The notes: generated by a model not told the origin, from the sequence alone. A stretch of 64,000 nucleotides of DNA from an uncultured Rhodospirillaceae bacterium (GCA_964408805.1 CAYPAV010000005.1:4476-68475); one strand, 5' to 3'. Counted from the stretch's first letter, positions 28,579 through 38,063 are shown. Translations and numbers: made by a program.

Positions 28579-29784
28579 ATGGAACCGCTCGCCGATCTTT
28601 CGGACGGCAAGACCTTTCGGGCTGGGTTTCCCCATGCCAGCCTGACTTGGCTGCGCGAAAATGCACCGGTCTATTGGCATCCGCCGACCGAGGCCACGCC
28701 GGACGGCGAGGGGTTCTGGGTCGTCAGCCGCTACGACGACGTGAACAAGGTATTTCGCAATCCCAAGACCTTCTCCTCCGACAAGGGCGGCGACCGGCGG
28801 GCCGGCGGTACGGGCATCAACGACGACAGATCGGCCGGGCTGATCCTGAACTTCATGGACGATCCGAAACACCGCCGTGTCCGAAGCCTGGTGACCCAGG
28901 GTTTCACGCCTCGAACGATCGGCCGGCTGGAAGCGGAACTTCGCGCGATCACCGGCCGGATCCTCGACGACATCGGCGACGGAGAGAGCATCGATTTCGT
29001 CCTGCGGGTTGCCCGCGAATTGCCGCTGCAGGCGATCTGCATCATTCTCGGCGTGCCGGCCGAGGACCGCACCCGGCTCGTCGATTGGGTTGATATGGGG
29101 ATCGCCAACCCAGACAAGGCGATCATCGCGCCCGAATACATGCGGAAGGTCGCGAAATACGCCGACGGTCTGATTGAGGAGAAACGCCGCGCGCCGACCG
29201 ACGATATTCTCTCCGTCATCACCCATGCGACGTTGGACGAGGAACCGGAGGGCCGCCTGACCAACCAGGAACTGCGGCTGTTCTTCAATTTGCTGTTCCC
29301 CGCGGGGGTCGAGACGACGCGAAATTCGATCGGCTCGGCCCTGCTCACCTTCATCAAACAGCCGGATCAATTGGCGAGGCTCCGCGCCGACCCCAGCCTG
29401 ATGAAAACGGCGGTCGAGGAGATCCTCCGCTGGACCACGCCGTCGGTCTACAAGCGACGGACCGCGACGAAGAACACCAAGCTCGGCGATGTGCGCATCC
29501 GCGCGGGCGACAAGGTCACGATCTGGGAGATGTCCGCCAATCGCGACGAACGCGTCTTCGGCAATCCCTTTGAATTCGACATCACGCGCGACCCGAACCC
29601 GCACATCGCCTTCGGCGTCGGCGTCCATGTCTGCCTCGGCGCCGCCCTGGCCCGGCTCGAGCTCGCCATCATGTTCGAGGAACTGCTGAAGCGCTTCGAG
29701 ACCTTCGAACTCGCGGGCGATTACGGTTGGGTCGAGAACAATCGATTGCTGGGCCTGACGCAACTGCCGGTGCGGATGCATTAG
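28579..29784 (+). CDS. cytochrome P450
   Basis: Heme-thiolate loop FGVGVHVCLGAALARLE, an EILRW (ExxR) motif, and an I-helix-like FPAGVETT. Confidence 0.92.
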   Translation: MEPLADLSDGKTFRAGFPHASLTWLRENAPVYWHPPTEATPDGEGFWVVSRYDDVNKVFRNPKTFSSDKGGDRRAGGTGINDDRSAGLILNFMDDPKHRRVRSLVTQGFTPRTIGRLEAELRAITGRILDDIGDGESIDFVLRVARELPLQAICIILGVPAEDRTRLVDWVDMGIANPDKAIIAPEYMRKVAKYADGLIEEKRRAPTDDILSVITHATLDEEPEGRLTNQELRLFFNLLFPAGVETTRNSIGSALLTFIKQPDQLARLRADPSLMKTAVEEILRWTTPSVYKRRTATKNTKLGDVRIRAGDKVTIWEMSANRDERVFGNPFEFDITRDPNPHIAFGVGVHVCLGAALARLELAIMFEELLKRFETFELAGDYGWVENNRLLGLTQLPVRMH

Positions 29785-29908
29785 GCCGGACGGCTTAGAT
29801 TAATTGATCATCCGCGCATCAATTCGGCGCTGGAGCGTGCCCCGGAATTCATTTGAAATCGATGCCGGTGACGAACTTCAATAAGGAACTGATCCCGGGA
29901 CGCATGCC

Positions 29909-31045
29909 ATGGTAATTGTCGGCCTCTTGTTTATCGTTGCCGCGGGTTGGTTCGGTCTGGTCATGGCCGTTGATATATATGCGGCCATGTCGGCCGGCGA
30001 TCCGTCGAGCGCATGGCTGCCGGGCCTCGGCCTATTGGCCGTGATTGGCGTATTCATCTGGTTGGCGAGAGAAGCAAGGCGAGACAATGGTCGAGCGGTG
30101 GTTAGATCGCGAAATCTGGACACGCTCCGAGACTTGAATTGCACGGGAATCTACCGGGTAAAGGGGGCGGAAGCCGACGTTACCCTGCAATTCGTCAAGA
30201 CGCGGGATCGACCATACGGTTCAAGGGGCCGGGTTCGGCTGATTAACGAATCGCCGGCAATCACCGGTCCTTTCGGCGGCGTCGCGCCGGCGCGAGGCGG
30301 GTGGCGTATAGAAAACTCCAACCCCAACGATCCTCATATATTTATAGACCTGAGCGGCCCGAAACCCGTTTCGGCATCCGGCATCGGGCTCATGCTTGGC
30401 CCTTACTACTCGGGAGAATGCGATAAGAACGAGGCCCTCGTTCGTTTGGTTCAAGATAGCGGGAAAGACACCGAAACCATTTTCAAATTGATCCACGAAC
30501 CGGGCGGTCGATTGAACATCGCAGACGAGGCCTTGGAGGCATGGCTGAAACACGCCGAAACGCCCCGGACGGACGGTCTCTATCGGGGAACCGTGGCGGA
30601 GTGGTGGTGGGACAGCGACAGCGAGAAACATACGGGTGATGACGTCTATTTAGCTGTCTTGTTCGAGGTTGATGCGGGCGGCAATGCCGGTACCCTCAAG
30701 GGAATAAACCGACAGGTTCGCATTGCTTCGGAGACACCGGGCCGCATCGCCTTCAAGGGGACATGGCGGCGGGGCGAGGACGGATGTCTAAGCGTCCAAA
30801 TAGTCCCCATGTCCCGTTTCGCGATCCGCGGCTTCGATCCCGGCGACGTGAAGTATGGCGGCCACTTCATCGGAGAGGATGACATTCTGTCATCGGGCCA
30901 AATGCGTTTGGAAACCTTCGAGGACTGGGTGACGTTTTCGGCCATGGATGAAGACGGAACTCTTGGCCTCCAATTCGATGGCGAGAGCGAACCGTCGCAA
31001 CTTTTGAAGAACGAACCGGACGAAATCAAAGAGTGGCTGGCCTGA
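29909..31045 (+). CDS. hypothetical membrane-anchored protein (two N-terminal TM helices); no family recognised
   Basis: A 378-aa ORF. Its N-terminus reads MVIVGLLFIVAAGWFGLVMAV...LPGLGLLAVIGVFIWLA. The composition is visibly more A/T-rich than the flanks. There is no convincing RBS. Confidence 0.55.
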   Translation: MVIVGLLFIVAAGWFGLVMAVDIYAAMSAGDPSSAWLPGLGLLAVIGVFIWLAREARRDNGRAVVRSRNLDTLRDLNCTGIYRVKGAEADVTLQFVKTRDRPYGSRGRVRLINESPAITGPFGGVAPARGGWRIENSNPNDPHIFIDLSGPKPVSASGIGLMLGPYYSGECDKNEALVRLVQDSGKDTETIFKLIHEPGGRLNIADEALEAWLKHAETPRTDGLYRGTVAEWWWDSDSEKHTGDDVYLAVLFEVDAGGNAGTLKGINRQVRIASETPGRIAFKGTWRRGEDGCLSVQIVPMSRFAIRGFDPGDVKYGGHFIGEDDILSSGQMRLETFEDWVTFSAMDEDGTLGLQFDGESEPSQLLKNEPDEIKEWLA

Positions 31046-31175
31046 TGAGGAATATTTTGGATCCGATCTTGAGAGGCCGTTGTCCACCAAATGTCCGCGG
31101 TGGAACTTCCGTATTCCGATCTTCCACACCGGTTCCCGCGCAGCCATTCGCCAGACAGAATTTAGGAGAACCATC

Positions 31176-31940
31176 ATGAGCGACGTCGTGAAAATTGAAC
31201 GCGAGGGCGCGATCGCCATTCTCCGGCTGAATCGCCCGGAAGCCCTGAATGCCCTCACCTTGGAACTTGGCCGGGCCATCGCCGCGAATTTGATTGAACT
31301 CGACGCCAAGGACGGGGTCGAGGGCATCGTGCTCACCGGGGCCGGCGAGCGCGCGTTCTGCGCCGGGGTCGATCTCCGCGAGGCCCGCACCATGCAGATC
31401 GCCGATATCGAGGATTGGTTCGGCACCGCCTGCAACATCTATCGCCAGATTCTGCTGACCGAGAAACCCGTGATCGCCGCCTTGAACGGGGTGACCGCGG
31501 GCGGCGGCTTCCAGATGGCCCTCGTCTCCGACCAGCGCGTCGCCCATCCCGACGTCCGCATGGGGCAGCCGGAGATCAATGCCGGCATCCCGAGCATCAT
31601 GGGCTCCTATTGGATGAGCCTCCATCTCGGCTGGTCGAAGAACCAGGAGCTTTCCATGACCGGGCGGCTGATGGAGGCCGACGAGGCCGAGGCGCTTGGC
31701 CTGATCAACCATCTGGTCCCCCGCGACGAGGTCATCGCCAAGGCCGCCGAGATCGCCGCGACCCTGGCCGCGAAACCCGCGACCGCCTGGCGGCGCACCA
31801 AGGCGCGCTTCCGCGAAATCGCGCTCGCCGGCTTCGACGAGGCCTTCCGCGCCGGTGTCCTCGGCCAGCAGGAAGCCTACGCGAAGGGCGAGCCGCAAGC
31901 GATCATGGACGCCTTCCTGGCCAAGAGCGGCAAGGGGTAG
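31176..31940 (+). CDS. enoyl-CoA hydratase/isomerase (crotonase) family protein
   Basis: VKIEREGAIAILRLNRPEALNAL...VLTGAGERAFCAGVDL...IAALNGVTAGGGFQMAL. The start is re-set to the ATG at 31176, after aggaga. Confidence 0.9.
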   Translation: MSDVVKIEREGAIAILRLNRPEALNALTLELGRAIAANLIELDAKDGVEGIVLTGAGERAFCAGVDLREARTMQIADIEDWFGTACNIYRQILLTEKPVIAALNGVTAGGGFQMALVSDQRVAHPDVRMGQPEINAGIPSIMGSYWMSLHLGWSKNQELSMTGRLMEADEAEALGLINHLVPRDEVIAKAAEIAATLAAKPATAWRRTKARFREIALAGFDEAFRAGVLGQQEAYAKGEPQAIMDAFLAKSGKG

Positions 31941-32041
31941 GACTCGCGTTCGGTTTGCGTATTTCCGATCCCCGCCTTCGTTATGATAGGCTTTAGTCGC
32001 CGGGTCGGTCTTTCCATCTCGGCCTGGATAGACGGGAACCA

Positions 32042-34459
32042 TTGATGATTTACGTCGGACTTCGTCGGCTATGCGCCATCTTCCTTTTGGCGGCCGGGCT
32101 TTCGGCCACGCTCAATGCCGTCGCGGCGGAGACGGGCCGCGGGCTGACGCTGCCGCTGCGGGCGAGCGAGACGCGGGGTGCCGCGATCACGGAGGAAGTC
32201 ACGCTCTACGGCTCCTCCCATGCAATGGTCATCGGCATCGACGATTACACGGATGGCTGGCCCCGCCTCTCGAAGGCGGTGGAGGACGCCCGCAGGGTCG
32301 CAGAGGAGCTTCGTCGCAAGGGTTTTCGCGTCACGTTGAAGACGAATACCAAATCGAGCGATCTTGACGGCGTCTTGAAGGAATTTTTCGCGATCAAGGG
32401 GGCCGATCCCAACTCGCGTCTCTTTCTCTGGTACGCCGGCCACGGCCACACGGAGCACGGCGAGGGCTTTCTCGTACCCGCCGACGCGCCCCGGCCCGAA
32501 GCCGCCGGGCTGTTCCGTTTGAAGGCACTGTCGCTTCGGCGGATCGGCGAATATGTGCGCCTGGCCCGATCGAAACACGTCTTCTCGGTGTTCGACTCCT
32601 GTTTCTCCGGCACCGTCTTCGATAGCGCCCGCGGCCTGCCGCCCGCCACGATCACGCGGGCGACCACGCTGCCGGTCAGGCAATTCCTGACGTCGGGCGA
32701 CGCCGGCCAGACGGTCTCCGACGACGGCGCCTTTCGCGAGCTCTTCCTCCGCGTGCTGCGGGGCGAGGAACGCGCCGACGCAAATGGCGACGGCTATGTG
32801 ACGGCGGCCGAGATCGGTTTGTTTCTGACCGACCGGGTGACCAACCTGACACGGTCCAAACAGACCCCGCGATACGGCAAGCTTCGCGACAAGGACTGGG
32901 ACCGGGGCGATTTCGTGTTTGCGCTTTCGAAATCGTCGAGACCCGGATCGACGGCCCAGCGCACCCCGCCGACGGCTGCCGGCACCTCGCCTGAAATCCT
33001 GTTCTGGCAGTCGATCCAGAACGCCACCAATCCGGCCGTCTTCGAGGCCTATCTAAACCAGTTCCCGAACGGCACCTTCGCCGCGCTCGCACGGATAAAG
33101 ATTGCGGAATTGAAAGGTCGTTCGACCGCCGCCCTGACACCGCCCGCCGCGACCGCGCCCTCCGGCACGGCGGGAATACTGTCGGTTTCCGACATCGTGG
33201 GTCGAATCAAGCATGCGGTCGTCGGCGTAGCCGCGTCGGCGAAGGACGGAAAGACCGAAACCGTTGGAAGCGGCTTCATCGTCTCGCCGCTGGGCCATGT
33301 CGCAACCAACAATCACCTCATCGACAAGGCATCGAAGATCGTCGCGTTTTTGGCCGACGGAACACGCTTGCCCGTAACTGTCACGGGGCGGGACAAGCGG
33401 ACGGATATTGCCGTGCTGAAAGTGGCACAGCCTCCCGCCGGCCCGCCGATAAGATGGGCTGCGGCCGAACTCGGCGGGCGCGTGGTTGCGGTGGCAATGT
33501 CACCCGCCGGTGGAAACGTCATCATCGCAACGGGCAAGGTGGAACAGGTCGGTGTTGCCACCCAATACAACCAGTTCATCCAAATCAACACCGCGATAGA
33601 ACCGCGTCATTCGGGGGCCCCCGTTCTGAACGACCGGGGCGAGATCGTCGGTCTCGCCACCGCAATCGAACAAAAGAAAAAGACCAAGAGACAGATCGGC
33701 TTCGCGATTCCGACGAAAGTCATGAGATCCGTGGTTCGGCAGTTGATTGAATTTGGCCGCGTGAAGCGCGGCTGGCTTGGCGTTCAAATTCAAAAGGTCA
33801 CCGACGAACTCGCCAATACGATCGACCTTGGCAAGGCGCGGGGCGCCCTCGTCGCCCGCGTCAGCGAGAGCAGTCCGGCCAAGGCGGCCGGCTTGAAATC
33901 TGGCGACGTGATCCTCGACTTCGCGGGTATCGAGATCGTTGAAATGCGCACGCTCCCCGGGATCGTCGCCGCACAGCCGATCGGGGGAACGACCGACCTC
34001 ACGGTATGGCGTGACAAGCGTCGGCTCGGTTTGAAGGTAAGGCTTGAGGAACTGACGGACGCGAAGATGGCGGCCCTTTCGAAGACCACCCCGAAAACCA
34101 CCCCGACTCCGAAGACCGGCCAACAACTGGACGAATTCGGCTTCACGCTGTCACCGGGCCCGAAAAAAGGCGTGATCATCACCAAGGTTGCAAAGAAATC
34201 AGTCGCCGCGACGAAAGGTTTGCGCGCCGGGGACATCATTCTCGAGCTGAACCAAAAACCCGTTTCCACGCCAACGGGCATCGTCGACGGATTAGCTGAA
34301 AGCCGTCGACGCGGCCGTAAGAGTGTCCTCGTGCTGGTGGAAGGCCAGGGCGGTCTACGATTCGTCGCGTTGAAACTAGCCGCTGGAGCAACGAGGCAAG
34401 ACGAAGCCGAGCGCGAGGAGACGGAAACCGAGACGGAGACCGAGGAGAATAGCGACTAA
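32042..34459 (+). CDS. exported caspase-like (C14) domain fused to an HtrA/DegP-type serine protease and two PDZ domains, paralog B
   Basis: A signal peptide is present. The C14 dyad is WYAGHGH (His 32441) and FDSCFSG (Cys 32600). The FWQSI module lies at 32996-33115. The S1C triad context is ATNNHLI (His 33314), DIAVLKV (Asp 33404) and PRHSGAPVL (Ser 33611). The PDZ-like segments read GALVARVSESSPAKAAGLKSGDVILDFAG and GVIITKVAKKSVAATKGLRAGDIILELN. The start is either TTG at 32042 or ATG at 32045. Confidence 0.85.
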   Translation: MMIYVGLRRLCAIFLLAAGLSATLNAVAAETGRGLTLPLRASETRGAAITEEVTLYGSSHAMVIGIDDYTDGWPRLSKAVEDARRVAEELRRKGFRVTLKTNTKSSDLDGVLKEFFAIKGADPNSRLFLWYAGHGHTEHGEGFLVPADAPRPEAAGLFRLKALSLRRIGEYVRLARSKHVFSVFDSCFSGTVFDSARGLPPATITRATTLPVRQFLTSGDAGQTVSDDGAFRELFLRVLRGEERADANGDGYVTAAEIGLFLTDRVTNLTRSKQTPRYGKLRDKDWDRGDFVFALSKSSRPGSTAQRTPPTAAGTSPEILFWQSIQNATNPAVFEAYLNQFPNGTFAALARIKIAELKGRSTAALTPPAATAPSGTAGILSVSDIVGRIKHAVVGVAASAKDGKTETVGSGFIVSPLGHVATNNHLIDKASKIVAFLADGTRLPVTVTGRDKRTDIAVLKVAQPPAGPPIRWAAAELGGRVVAVAMSPAGGNVIIATGKVEQVGVATQYNQFIQINTAIEPRHSGAPVLNDRGEIVGLATAIEQKKKTKRQIGFAIPTKVMRSVVRQLIEFGRVKRGWLGVQIQKVTDELANTIDLGKARGALVARVSESSPAKAAGLKSGDVILDFAGIEIVEMRTLPGIVAAQPIGGTTDLTVWRDKRRLGLKVRLEELTDAKMAALSKTTPKTTPTPKTGQQLDEFGFTLSPGPKKGVIITKVAKKSVAATKGLRAGDIILELNQKPVSTPTGIVDGLAESRRRGRKSVLVLVEGQGGLRFVALKLAAGATRQDEAEREETETETETEENSD

Positions 34460-34506
34460 CTCGGTCCCCGAAACCTTGAAACAATCCTGAACGTCGTCGC
34501 GATCCC

Positions 34507-35175
34507 TCAGTTCTTGGTGAAGACGACGCCGTCGAAGCGCTCTCGCGTGGCGATTTCTTCGACCGTACGGCGGTTCAGCTTGGTTAACTGCTTGACCGGC
34601 TTGCCGAGCGGCACCACCGCCGCTACCGCATGGTCTTCGGGAAGCCCCAATAGGGCTTGAACTTTTGGCTCCTGAGCCGCCGCCAGCGTCGTGATCGTTC
34701 CGCCGAAACCGGCCGCCCGCGCGCACAGCAGGACGTTCCAGACGAAAGGATAGATCGATGCCCCGCTGATCACGCCGATGCGGGACAGGTCCTGATCCAT
34801 CGAGGCAACCAGCTTCAAATCAACCGCGAAAACCAGCACGACGGAAGCTTCGGCGAAAGGCTTTGTCAGGTGCGGGTTGGCGGGCGTCCTTGCGATTTCT
34901 TCGGGTGTCACCTTGGTCGGCAAGACCGCGTTCCAGGGGCTCTCGCCCGCCTCTATCTGGGCGACGTAGCGCTTCGCGGCGGGCTCGGCGAGGCGGCCGA
35001 GTGCGGTGCGGGTCTCTTGGTCGCGAACGACAATGACGCGGTTGCCCTGGCGGTTGCCGCCGCTGGGTGCGAACCGCGCGTTTTCGAGGATGTCGTAGAG
35101 CACGTCGTCGGGCAGCGGTTCGCCGCTGTAATCGCGCGCGGCGAAGGTCGTCCGCATGACTTCGTGAAGTTCCAT
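34507..35175 (-). CDS. nitroreductase family protein
   Basis: MELHEVMRTTFAARDYSGEPLPDDVLYDILENARFAPSGGNRQ. The start is re-set to the ATG at 35175, after gggagg. Confidence 0.85.
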   Translation of the reverse strand: MELHEVMRTTFAARDYSGEPLPDDVLYDILENARFAPSGGNRQGNRVIVVRDQETRTALGRLAEPAAKRYVAQIEAGESPWNAVLPTKVTPEEIARTPANPHLTKPFAEASVVLVFAVDLKLVASMDQDLSRIGVISGASIYPFVWNVLLCARAAGFGGTITTLAAAQEPKVQALLGLPEDHAVAAVVPLGKPVKQLTKLNRRTVEEIATRERFDGVVFTKN

Positions 35176-35329
35176 CGCTCTTCCTCCCACTTCATATGAC
35201 CGGGACATCATCTAGGCATGACGCTACCTTGACGATTGCCACCGGCACAAGACCGGTGCCGGCCCGGCTTGCCAGGCCTGCTTGGGGCCGCCATCTTGGT
35301 TACGGGTATACCAGAGAGAGAAACCGGCG

Positions 35330-36004
35330 ATGGACCCGGAGATCAAGGCGGCGCTCGATAAACTGTTCTCGGCCGATTCGGCGCTCTACCAGGACCGCGG
35401 GTTCCAGCGGCGGATCGGCTGGGGCCGAAAGCCGGCCTTGGTCAATATCGACCTCGCCAACGCCTGGACACGCGAAGGCTACCCCTTCACCTGCGAGGGC
35501 ATGGAGACCGTGATCCCCGCCGTCCAGCAGGTGCTAGCGGCGTTTCGCGCCAAGGGCCTGCCGATCGTCTTCACCACGACCGCCTACGAGATCATCGAGG
35601 GCGAGCATTCCGACATGGGGCTTTGGGGGCAAAAGATCCCGGCCGAAGCGCTGGTCGCCGGTACCGAGACGGTCGAGATCGACGCCCGCCTCGAGCTCCG
35701 ACCCGACGAGCTCCTGATTGTAAAAAAACAAGCCAGCGGCTTTCGCGGCACCAATCTCGCCAGCTATCTCACCGCCGCCGGCGTCGACACGGTCGTGATC
35801 ACCGGAGCAACCGCGAGCGCCTGTGTTCGCGCCACCGCCGAGGACGCCATCGCCGATGGGTTCCGACCGATCGTGGTGCGCGAATGCATCGGCGACCGGA
35901 TCGCGGGGGCTGTCGAATGGAACCTGTTCGACATCGACGCCAAATTCGCCGATGTGGAACCACTGGAAGCGGTGCTGGCGCACCTGCAGCGAAACGAAGC
36001 CTGA
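35330..36004 (+). CDS. isochorismatase-family cysteine hydrolase (N-carbamoylsarcosine amidase-like)
   Basis: PALVNIDLANAW...IVKKQASGF...VVITGATASACVRATAEDA contains the catalytic Cys context. The start is re-set to 35330. Confidence 0.85.
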   Translation: MDPEIKAALDKLFSADSALYQDRGFQRRIGWGRKPALVNIDLANAWTREGYPFTCEGMETVIPAVQQVLAAFRAKGLPIVFTTTAYEIIEGEHSDMGLWGQKIPAEALVAGTETVEIDARLELRPDELLIVKKQASGFRGTNLASYLTAAGVDTVVITGATASACVRATAEDAIADGFRPIVVRECIGDRIAGAVEWNLFDIDAKFADVEPLEAVLAHLQRNEA

Positions 36005-36024
36005 ACCGAAGGAGGAGAGACCCC

Positions 36025-36441
36025 ATGGACATCAAACGAGCCAATGCGCGCTCGACCAAAGCGGCGCCGGAAGATTGTTTCACGGGCCAGGTCTGGCAGG
36101 ACCCGGTCATCGTCGGCGAGGCCCCCTCGCGGATGCGCGCCACCAACGTCTCCTTCTGCCCCGGAGCGCGGACCGCCTGGCACTCCCATCCGGTGGGCCA
36201 GACGCTGTTCTGCGTCACCGGCATCGGACGGGTACAGTTGGAAGGCGAGCAGGTACAGGAGCTCCACCCCGGCGACACGGCGGTGATCCCGCCCGACACC
36301 CGCCACTGGCACGGCGCCGCCCCCGACCGTCTCTTCATCCATCTCGCGATGTCGGAGGTGAGCGACAGCGGCGAGGGTACCGCCTGGTTCGAGAAGGTCA
36401 GCGACGCCGATTACGGCAAGCCCCCGGCACCGATTGGCTGA
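36025..36441 (+). CDS. cupin domain protein
   Basis: VSFCPGARTAWHSHPVGQTLFCVTGIGRVQ...PPDTRHWHGA. The RBS ggaggagaga precedes the ATG at 36025. Confidence 0.85.
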   Translation: MDIKRANARSTKAAPEDCFTGQVWQDPVIVGEAPSRMRATNVSFCPGARTAWHSHPVGQTLFCVTGIGRVQLEGEQVQELHPGDTAVIPPDTRHWHGAAPDRLFIHLAMSEVSDSGEGTAWFEKVSDADYGKPPAPIG

Positions 36442-36459
36442 CGGGAGGTCGCGCGAACC

Positions 36460-37212
36460 CTAAAGTGCGGCCAAGAATTTCCCTAACGCCTCGTTCACGA
36501 TTTCCGGCTGGTCGACGTTCACTCCGTGGCCGGCATCCGGCACCACGACATTGACGGCCCCGGGAATCCGGTTCGCCATATAGGCGGAGCCTTGGAGGTA
36601 ATGGCTGTCACCCTCGCCGATCACGATCAAGGTGGGCACCTTGATATGGGGCAGGCTGTCGATCACGCGGGCGTCCACCTGGCTCAGGATTCCGCGCGCC
36701 GCATCGGCCAGGCCCTGGGCCGAGCCCTGGGTGCTGATGGCGACCTCGGAGCCGCCGCCAAGCGCCGCGAGGCCACCCTCCTCCAACGTCCGGGCCCGGT
36801 TTTTCGCCCGTTCGTTCCAGGCCTCCCGCGAGCTGTCACTGCGATAGCCGGGACCGCAGCCCTGAAGCACTAGCGCCTCGACCCGTTCGGGATAGGCGAC
36901 ATTGAACGCCAGCGTCATGAACCCGCCAAGCGAGTGCCCGGCGATCACCGCGCGCTCGATTTCGAGATGATCGAGCAGGCCGCGCATATCCTCGACCGTC
37001 AGACTCTGGCTGTATTGGTCGGCCGCCGGACAGTCGCTTTGGCCGTGGCCACGCATGTCCCAGGTAACGAACCGGTAGCGGTCGGAGAAGGTCTCCACCT
37101 GTCCCCGCCAGCTTCCCGTCGAGGCGCCGAACCCGTGGGTGAGGAGGATCGGCTTGCCTTCCCCGGTATCCTCGTAATAAAGGCGAACGCCGTCGCGTGT
37201 CAGATGCGGCAT
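36460..37212 (-). CDS. alpha/beta hydrolase (Ser nucleophile)
   Basis: ILLTHGFGAS... and the nucleophile elbow AGHSLGG. Confidence 0.85.
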   Translation of the reverse strand: MPHLTRDGVRLYYEDTGEGKPILLTHGFGASTGSWRGQVETFSDRYRFVTWDMRGHGQSDCPAADQYSQSLTVEDMRGLLDHLEIERAVIAGHSLGGFMTLAFNVAYPERVEALVLQGCGPGYRSDSSREAWNERAKNRARTLEEGGLAALGGGSEVAISTQGSAQGLADAARGILSQVDARVIDSLPHIKVPTLIVIGEGDSHYLQGSAYMANRIPGAVNVVVPDAGHGVNVDQPEIVNEALGKFLAAL

Positions 37213-37228
37213 ATCGATGTCTCCTGGT

Positions 37229-37561
37229 TCAATCCACGATGAATAGCTTGACGCCGGTCTCGGTCGAGGAGCGATGCGGCGCGTCGCCGAAATCCGAGAC
37301 CTGATAGCTCATCCCCGGCTTCAGGGTAAAACGGCGGCCGTCCTTCAGCTCGCTCACCAACTCGCCTTCCAACACATAGAGAACATGGCCCCGATCGCAC
37401 CAATGATCGGCGAGATAGCCCGGCGAATACTCGACCGCGCGGACCCGAAGATCGCCGGCCTCGAAGGTCCGCCAGGTGGCGTGACCGGTCTCGCCCGGAT
37501 GTTCCGTCGCGGGGATTTCCGACCAATCTGTAACCGTGAAGGAAAGTGTTGGAATCTTCAT
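37229..37561 (-). CDS. DHCW-motif cupin fold protein (copy 2 of a tandem pair)
   Basis: MKIPTLSFTVTDWSEIPATEHPGETGHATWRT...GYLADHWCDRGHVLYVLEG. Confidence 0.8.
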   Translation of the reverse strand: MKIPTLSFTVTDWSEIPATEHPGETGHATWRTFEAGDLRVRAVEYSPGYLADHWCDRGHVLYVLEGELVSELKDGRRFTLKPGMSYQVSDFGDAPHRSSTETGVKLFIVD

Positions 37562-37929
37562 TCGATGGCCCCTTCCGGTGCATTGTCGCCTGGCGGGCTA
37601 TCGACGATGAAGAGTTTCACGCCCGCCGTCGTCGAGGCCCGATGGGCGGCATCGCCGAAATCCGAGACCTGGAAGCTCATCCCCGGGGTCAAGGTATAGC
37701 GCCGGCCGTCCCGCAATTCGCAGTCCACATCCCCCTCCAGCACGTAGAGAACATGACCGAGCCCGCACCAGTGATCGGCCAGATATCCCGGCGAATAGTC
37801 GACCACGCGCACCCGAAGCTCGCCCGCCTCGAAGGTCCGCGAAGTGGCGTGTCCGGTCTCGCCCGGTTCCTTCGATTCCGGGAGCCCCGCCCAATCGGTG
37901 ACGGTGAAGGGCAGCGTGGGAATTTTCAT
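37558..37929 (-). CDS. DHCW-motif cupin fold protein (copy 1 of a tandem pair)
   Basis: MKIPTLPFTVTDWAGLPESKEPGETGHATSRT...GYLADHWCGLGHVLYVLEG. Its stop overlaps the downstream copy's ATG. Confidence 0.8.
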   Translation of the reverse strand: MKIPTLPFTVTDWAGLPESKEPGETGHATSRTFEAGELRVRVVDYSPGYLADHWCGLGHVLYVLEGDVDCELRDGRRYTLTPGMSFQVSDFGDAAHRASTTAGVKLFIVDSPPGDNAPEGAIE

Positions 37930-38063
37930 GGCCGGTCTCCTCCCCCTATCGATATCGGGGCGGCGCCCGGTCTGACAATCCCGGGCCCATTTTCAGACCC
38001 ATCATCGACCTTCCCCAAATTCCTCTAATAGCTAGAAATATCCATTTTAATATATCTCTTTAA

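Noticed and set aside
34420-34456. A short gagacg/gaaacc repeat, considered as a tandem repeat or CRISPR-like signal.
   Set aside because: It simply encodes the acidic (ET)n tail of the caspase-HtrA protein, inside the reading frame.
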